DNA from: Spirochaetia bacterium | GTDB taxonomy: Bacteria; Spirochaetota; Spirochaetia; SZUA-6; Bin103 | Reading direction: 5' to 3' | DNA length: 64,000 bases | Assembly: GCA_965208575.1 (NCBI GenBank) | Contig: CBDBOV010000002.1 | Span: forward strand, 704,001 to 768,000 | Notes under the pieces: model-generated | The model's input: the letters and a program-made list of their open reading frames with translations, nothing else | Database searches by the model: none | Told to the model about the DNA's origin: nothing | Shown: piece after piece, positions 58,728-64,000 of the stretch | How the letters are laid out: every line of letters begins with the position of its first letter | Position numbering within the stretch: the stretch's first letter is position 1 | Made by a program: the position numbers and the translations under genes

Positions 58728-59846
58728 ATGCGCATCACCGCCGTCACGCCGATCCTGACCGACCGCTACCTGCTGGTGCGGGTGGCCACCGACGCCGGCC
58801 TCACCGGCAACGGCGAGGCGGGGCTGTGGGCCCGCCACGAGGTGGTGGCGCGGGAGATCGAGTCGCTCGCCGAGTACTTCTTCGGCAAGGACCCGGCGCT
58901 CATCGAGCACCACCACCAGGCGCTGTCGCGCGCCACCCACTTCATGGGCTCGGTTGCCAGCGCCGCGCTCAGCGCCATCGACGTGGCGCTGTGGGACATC
59001 GCCGGCAAGGCGGCCGGCCTGCCGGTGCACCGCCTGCTCGGCGGCCGCTGCCGCAACCGCATCAAGGTGTTCGAGAACGTCGCCGGCGACAGCGTCGAGG
59101 CGCGCGCCGACCACGCCCGCGAACTGCTGGAACAAGGTTTCACCGCGCTGCGCACGCAGCCGTTCTTCGCCGGCTGGGAGCGTACCGAATCCTCCAGCGC
59201 GGTGATCGGCGAGGCGGTCGAGATCGTCGGCGCCATTCGCGACGCCATCGGCGACCGTGCCGACCTGGGCGTCGAGATCCACCGCAACCTCACTCCCGAC
59301 GAGGCTATCAACCTGGCCCAGGAACTCGCCCCGTTCCGGCTCAGCTACTACGAAGATCCGCTGCCGCCGGAGAGCGAGGACGCCCTGGAGTACGTCGCCC
59401 GCCACGTCGACCTGCCGATCGCCGCCGGCGAACGCAGCTACAACCTGTTCCAGTTCGCATCGCTGATCGGGCGCCGCATCGCCGCCTTCATCCGCCCCGA
59501 CCTGTCGCTCGCCGGCGGCATCACCGGAGTCAAGAAGATCGCCGCCGTCGCCGAGGCCAGCTTCGTGCGCGTGTTCCCGCACCTGATGGGCAGCCCGGTC
59601 AACACCTGCGCCTTCGCCCAGCTCGACGCCGCCATCCCCAACTACTACATCCAGGAGGCCAACCTGCCGCACGGCGCCGCCCGCGAAATCGTCGACCACC
59701 CCCCGCAGGTCGTCGACGGCTACCTGCAACTCCCCGACCGCCCCGGCATCGGCATCGAAATCGACGAATCCGCCGCCGCCCGCTTCCCGTTCCACCCCCG
59801 CCGCCCCGCCGCCCCCCGCAACCCCGATGCCTCCATCCGCCACTAA
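58728..59846 (+). CDS. Mandelate racemase/muconate lactonizing family enzyme (galactonate dehydratase-like)
   Basis: TD.G.TG.GE, SAIDVALWDI.GK, EDP, AGER, PD...AGGIT, PGIG. Confidence 0.9.
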   Translation: MRITAVTPILTDRYLLVRVATDAGLTGNGEAGLWARHEVVAREIESLAEYFFGKDPALIEHHHQALSRATHFMGSVASAALSAIDVALWDIAGKAAGLPVHRLLGGRCRNRIKVFENVAGDSVEARADHARELLEQGFTALRTQPFFAGWERTESSSAVIGEAVEIVGAIRDAIGDRADLGVEIHRNLTPDEAINLAQELAPFRLSYYEDPLPPESEDALEYVARHVDLPIAAGERSYNLFQFASLIGRRIAAFIRPDLSLAGGITGVKKIAAVAEASFVRVFPHLMGSPVNTCAFAQLDAAIPNYYIQEANLPHGAAREIVDHPPQVVDGYLQLPDRPGIGIEIDESAAARFPFHPRRPAAPRNPDASIRH

Positions 59847-60747
59847 CCCCCCACCCGGACAAGCCCGAACGCAACCCGACTCCCCCGCCGCTCAGTTCCC
59901 GCTCAGTCGCATCCCCGCCGCCAACGTCTCGCAGGTGCCGCAACGCAGCCCGTTACGATATCCCGGTGGCAAGACCTGGCTGGTCCCGCACATCCGCGAG
60001 TGGCTGACCGTGACCCACCGGCGGACGCTGATCGAACCATTCGCCGGCGGCGCGATCGTGGGCCTGACAGCGGTCATGGAAAACCTGGCCGAGCGCGCGA
60101 TTCTCGTGGAGCGTGACCCTGATGTGGCCGCCTTCTGGCGCGCTGCCCTGGATCACGGCGCCGCCCTCGCCGAACGCGTCAGGAAGTTCGTTCCCACGCC
60201 CGAACGAATTCGTGACTTGGCACACAGCTCCCCGGCCGAGATCGCTGCCCGCGGATTTCGTACCCTGGTGCTGAACCGCACCCGCAGGGCCGGCATTTTG
60301 GCACCGGGCGCATCGCTCATCCGCCGGGGCGAGAACGATCGGGGACTCCTCTCGCGCTGGTATCCGGAAACCCTGGCGGCGCGGCTGGAGGAGATCGCGG
60401 CGTACGCGGATCGAATCACGTTCCACCACGCCGACAGCATGCGGCTTATGGAACCGCTGCTGCGGACCGAGGGGCGCAACGCGGCGCTATTCGTCGACCC
60501 TCCGTACACCGCCGGCGGCAAACGTGCCGGGCGTCGTCTCTACGCCCACACCGATCTGGACCACGAGCGCCTGTTCCGGGTCCTTGCACAGTGCGAGGCG
60601 AGCGTGCTCATGACCTACGATTGTTCGCCCGAGGTGATCCACCTGGTGCAATATCATGGTTTCCACGCGGTGCGGGTGCGCATGAAGAATGCTCACCACG
60701 AACACCTGGCGGAAGTAGTGATTACGCGCGACCGACTCTTCGCTTGA
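59827..60747 (+). CDS. Orphan DNA adenine methyltransferase (D12/Dam class)
   Basis: SPLRYPGGK, EPFAGGA, FVDPPY; start uncertain (59827 or GTG 59935); no adjacent restriction gene. Confidence 0.88.
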   Translation: MPPSATNPPPGQARTQPDSPAAQFPLSRIPAANVSQVPQRSPLRYPGGKTWLVPHIREWLTVTHRRTLIEPFAGGAIVGLTAVMENLAERAILVERDPDVAAFWRAALDHGAALAERVRKFVPTPERIRDLAHSSPAEIAARGFRTLVLNRTRRAGILAPGASLIRRGENDRGLLSRWYPETLAARLEEIAAYADRITFHHADSMRLMEPLLRTEGRNAALFVDPPYTAGGKRAGRRLYAHTDLDHERLFRVLAQCEASVLMTYDCSPEVIHLVQYHGFHAVRVRMKNAHHEHLAEVVITRDRLFA

Positions 60748-60799
60748 GCTGTAAGGCGACGGGGGACCGTGATGGTCCCCCGTCCTGCTTCGGCAGCGC

Positions 60800-61384
60800 C
60801 TAGCGCGCGGTGACGGGTTCGGGTTCGCGGGCGGGCTGGGCGGCGGCGCCGTTGCCGGCCGCGGCGACGTGGCGGGTGGCCTTGGCGTCTTGCAGGGCCT
60901 TGAGCACCTTGGGAGGTGACATCGGCACTTCGTACAGGCGCACGCCGACGGCGTCGTAGATGGCGTTGGCGATGGCCGCGAGCGGCTGCACGATGGCGTT
61001 CTCGCCGACGCCGCGGATGCCGTACGGGTGGCGCGGGTTGGGCACCTCGACCACCACGGTGTCGATCATCGGCAGGTCGAGGGTCACCGGCATGCGGTAG
61101 TCCAGGAAGCCGGCGTTCTCCATCACGCCGTCCTTGTCGAACAGGTACTCCTCGTTGAGCGCCCAGCCGATGCCCTGCACGGCGCCGCCCTGCATCTGGC
61201 CTTCCACGTAGCTCTTGTGCAGCGCGCGCCCGGCGTCCTGGCACACGGTGTAGCGAATCACGTCCACCTTGCCGGTGTCCGGGTCCACCTCCACGTCGCA
61301 GATGTGGGTGCCGAGCGCCGGCGCGGCGCCCTTGGCGTTCACCGCCGCGTCCGCCGCCAGCGGCCCGCCGGTCTGCGACGCCTC
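60800..61384 (-). pseudogene. 3' fragment of a xanthine dehydrogenase-family molybdopterin subunit (duplicate of 63476-64000)
   Basis: Near-identical to the gene end at 63476; the 5' part is replaced by unrelated sequence at ~61384. Confidence 0.88.
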
Positions 61385-61609
61385 TTCGCATCGCTGATCG
61401 GCTGCCGCATCGCCGAATTCGTGCGCCCCGACCTGTCGCTCGCCTGCGGCATCACCGGAGTCAAGACGATCGCCGCCGTCGCCGAGGCCAGCTTCGTACG
61501 CGTGTTCCACGCGGTCCGAGTGTCGATGCGGACCGCCCACCACCACGAACGCACCGAATTGGTTATCACCCGTGACCGTCTCGTTCACCAGGGTGGCAGC
61601 GACGGGTGA
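61385..61609 (+). pseudogene. Chimeric remnant: enolase fragment fused to the 3' end of a second Dam allele
   Basis: 61385-61508 matches 59454-59577; 61505-61609 encodes FHAVRVSMRTAHHHERTELVITRDRL vs Dam FHAVRVRMKNAHHEHLAEVVITRDRL; ttcc overlap at the junction. Confidence 0.8.
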
Positions 61610-61703
61610 TTGCTGACCCGACAACCCGTGAGCACCAAACTGTTGCAGCAACGTGTGTGCGCGGGAAGCCCAGCTCTATGGCAAGGGGAGGGCATTGGGG
61701 AGG

Positions 61704-62140
61704 CTATCGCTGGGGCAGGCGAGCGACGGCTACGTCGTCGCTATCGACACGGTAAGTCACCGCTACGACCTCATCCAGTTTCGGATCGCTCAGCACACCG
61801 CGCACGAAGATCGGCATGTTTGTCCCCATTTCCTGCCGGGCTGATGGGACGACCAATCCGCCTATCCCGAGTGCTCTGGCTTCTGCGCCGAGTTGGTTGC
61901 AAAACGAATAATCGCTATCACGGACCAGGTCTGGCCACTCTCGTTTCCTGGACCGAAGGTCCTTCTCAACACCATCGAAAGTGCAACGGAATCCCTGGTA
62001 GTAGGCCGTACGATTGCGTTTCGGACCTGACCATCGGGGTCTAGGTCCAACTCTGCAAGAAACTCATTGTCGTCACGCGATACTCTCGAGAATCGGAATA
62101 CGACTCGTCTACGGCTCTCGCTCAATATGCCTTCAAGCAT
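61704..62140 (-). pseudogene. RES domain toxin, internally deleted and frameshifted
   Basis: MLEGILSE... start frame switches near 62030 to RTAYY...KDLR....WPDL...Y.FC.QLG...GLVVPSAR...GTN.P.F...*. Confidence 0.7.
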
Positions 62141-62141
62141 A

Positions 62142-62702
62142 CTACCGAACTCCAGCCGCCGACTCGACATATTCCCGAGCCAACAAAAGGGATTCCATAG
62201 AGCCCTCAAGCATAAGGGACAATGGCGACGTGTCGCTCAACATGTGGTGTTGCTCTCGCAACCAGTCGTTTTCCACATCCAGATCGCGGAACATTGACCA
62301 CAGCGTTCTGCGAATAAAGAACAGATGGGCGATTCTATCCCTCACATCCCGTCCGCGGAACTTCTCCTGCCCATCCAGTACAGCGGAGACATGCTCGATA
62401 TCCTCTGAATCGTAACCCAGAATTTCAACTGCGTCAGACATACCGAGGTGCCAAGATTCCTTCAATTTCCGGATGAATTGGACAGGTCCAGTCAGCCTGC
62501 CAGCTATCTGTCCTGAGCCACCACGTGCCTGATTCGAAGGGGCCGAGTATCTGTCATGGTGTGGGCGGATCGATTTCAGCGTGCGGCGATCGTCAGCAAT
62601 CTGGAAGGCTCCCACTATGGAAACGCCACGCTTCACCAAGGCGTCCGTTGGAAAGTCCCGAGGTTGGCCGACGCGGCCTCTCTCGGCTTGAGCGGGCGCC
62701 AC
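62142..62702 (-). CDS. Xre/MbcA/ParS-type antitoxin
   Basis: C-term DRIA.L..I...L..MF......WLRE....L...SPL.LMLEG..E.L; directly upstream of the RES remnant; start uncertain. Confidence 0.75.
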   Translation of the reverse strand: MAPAQAERGRVGQPRDFPTDALVKRGVSIVGAFQIADDRRTLKSIRPHHDRYSAPSNQARGGSGQIAGRLTGPVQFIRKLKESWHLGMSDAVEILGYDSEDIEHVSAVLDGQEKFRGRDVRDRIAHLFFIRRTLWSMFRDLDVENDWLREQHHMLSDTSPLSLMLEGSMESLLLAREYVESAAGVR

Positions 62703-63410
62703 TAAACTTCTCCACCGTTGGCGAACAAAGGTACAAACAACACAGATCCGCGGTCGCCGCCGGCTCCCGCATCCCCTTGCTGGTAGCCACTTCCGCTACC
62801 CCCGCCGTCCCCTCCTTGGCCGACTTCGATCTCGAACCGATCGCCTTGAGACAATCGATGAAGTTCCACAATGCGGGTTTCTCCGGGAAATCCCTTGCCG
62901 CCGTCACCGCCATCGGACACTATGCGGCCATCGGCCGGAGGTGCGACGGCTCCGCGGCCGCCGTCGCCGCCAGCTCCGTAGTGGCCGCCGTTGCCGTTGT
63001 GCCCCTTGACCGGTTTGCCGTCAACCAGGCCGCCGCCACTGCCCCCGTCACCACCACTACCGCCGGCTGCCCGATGGACCTCCCCTCCGGCCCGAATGGT
63101 GGTTGCTGCACCGCCACCGCCGCCACCGCCGCCAGCCGCACCAAAGAGATTCAGGCCCTCAAGACAAAGGGCGCCACCGCCACCGCCGCCACCTCCGGAC
63201 GCGCCCACGACAACGGCAAGACCGTGTGGGGTGTCCCATGGCCACTCGAAGAATCCAGATTCGGTGACGCGTCGTGGCGCTGCACCCCTCATCGCATACC
63301 TCCGATGGTGCTGTGCGGACAACCGGCCGCGCGCCGGCCGATCCCGCTACAATGGTGGTCAGGCTGGCACCGATGTCCAGCGTTGTCCACAGGTTTGCAA
63401 CTTCCCACAC
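62702..63410 (-). CDS. Glycine-rich domain protein, probable frameshift near 63330
   Basis: T.SG.F.WP...VVVGASGGGGGGG...I.VG.GG.GG; a hydrophobic N-terminal ORF (63410) lies in another frame. Confidence 0.55.
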
Positions 63411-63475
63411 ACGGCCTGAACCGCCCGCGGCCGGCGCCCCGGCCGGCGTGGCAGGGGACGGCGGCGCGGTCGTCC

Positions 63476-64000
63476 CTAGCGCGCGGTGACGGGTTCGGGT
63501 TGGCGGGCGGGCTGGGCGGCGGCGCCGTTGCCGGCCGCGGCGACGTGGCGGGTGGCCTTGGCGTCTTGCAGGGCCTTGAGCACCTTGGGAGGTGACATCG
63601 GCACTTCGTACAGGCGCACGCCGACGGCGTCGTAGATGGCGTTGGCGATGGCCGCGAGCGGCTGCACGATAGCGTTCTCGCCGACGCCGCGGATGCCGTA
63701 CGGGTGGCGCGGGTTGGGCACCTCGACGACCACGGTGTCGATCATCGGCAGGTCGAGCGCCACCGGCATGCGGTAGTCCAGGAAGCCGGCGTTCTCCATC
63801 ACGCCGTCCTTGTCGAACAGGTACTCCTCGTTCAGCGCCCAGCCGATGCCCTGCACGGCGCCGCCCTGCATCTGGCCTTCCACGTAGCTCTTGTGCAGCG
63901 CGCGTCCGGCATCCTGCGCCACGGTGTAGCGGATCACGTCCACCTTGCCGGTGTCCGGGTCCACTTCGACGTCGCAGATGTGGGTGCCGAGCGCCGGCGC
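63476..64000 (-). CDS. Xanthine dehydrogenase/CoxL family molybdopterin-binding subunit (3' part; continues beyond the window)
   Basis: VEVDPDTG.V, D.GRA....VEGQ.QGG..QGIG.AL.E, DY.MP, G.RGVGE, IANA. Confidence 0.92.
   Translation of the reverse strand, partial: APALGTHICDVEVDPDTGKVDVIRYTVAQDAGRALHKSYVEGQMQGGAVQGIGWALNEEYLFDKDGVMENAGFLDYRMPVALDLPMIDTVVVEVPNPRHPYGIRGVGENAIVQPLAAIANAIYDAVGVRLYEVPMSPPKVLKALQDAKATRHVAAAGNGAAAQPARQPEPVTAR

Noticed and set aside
62702-63410. Prophage remnant
   Set aside because: No other phage genes, integrase or att sites in the window
428-63595. Many long overlapping ORFs (e.g. 53539-56808 minus, 35389-37887 plus, 44632-47166 minus, 5' part of 17075-20482)
   Set aside because: Shadow ORFs typical of high-GC DNA, Arg/Pro/Ala-rich, overlapping well-supported genes

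Overview
A high-GC (roughly 70% by eye) bacterial chromosomal window of mostly catabolic and transport genes: peptide-type ABC permeases and ATPases, several Gfo/Idh/MocA oxidoreductases and TIM-barrel sugar isomerases, two sulfatases, a LamG/GH32-like hydrolase, galM, ribokinase, an enolase-family dehydratase, and a puuE-alc-allA purine-catabolism cluster. Small accessory insertions are interspersed. I saw no rRNA, tRNA or CRISPR array. Main observations: (1) Two diverged, oppositely oriented copies (715-3672, 10081-12934) of a ~2.9 kb element with no recognisable transposase. It encodes a helical-N-terminus/HNH-endonuclease protein with variable tandem-repeat linkers and has sharply bounded conserved non-coding ends: a nearly invariant, potentially structured ~120 nt left end and a terminal hairpin. 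One copy cuts off the 5' end of an AAC(3)-family gene. (2) Six toxin-antitoxin modules; in three the toxin gene is broken by internal deletion or frameshift while the antitoxin is intact. (3) Recurrent scars in which the end of a flanking gene is duplicated around inserted cargo, best seen in the enolase-Dam-XDH mosaic at 59454-64000. (4) An apparent C-rich-left/G-rich-right composition around insertion sites. (5) A 165 bp MITE, operator palindromes and many apparently leaderless promoters. Several single-base frameshifts could be sequencing errors. All family assignments come from motif recognition by eye, not database searches.
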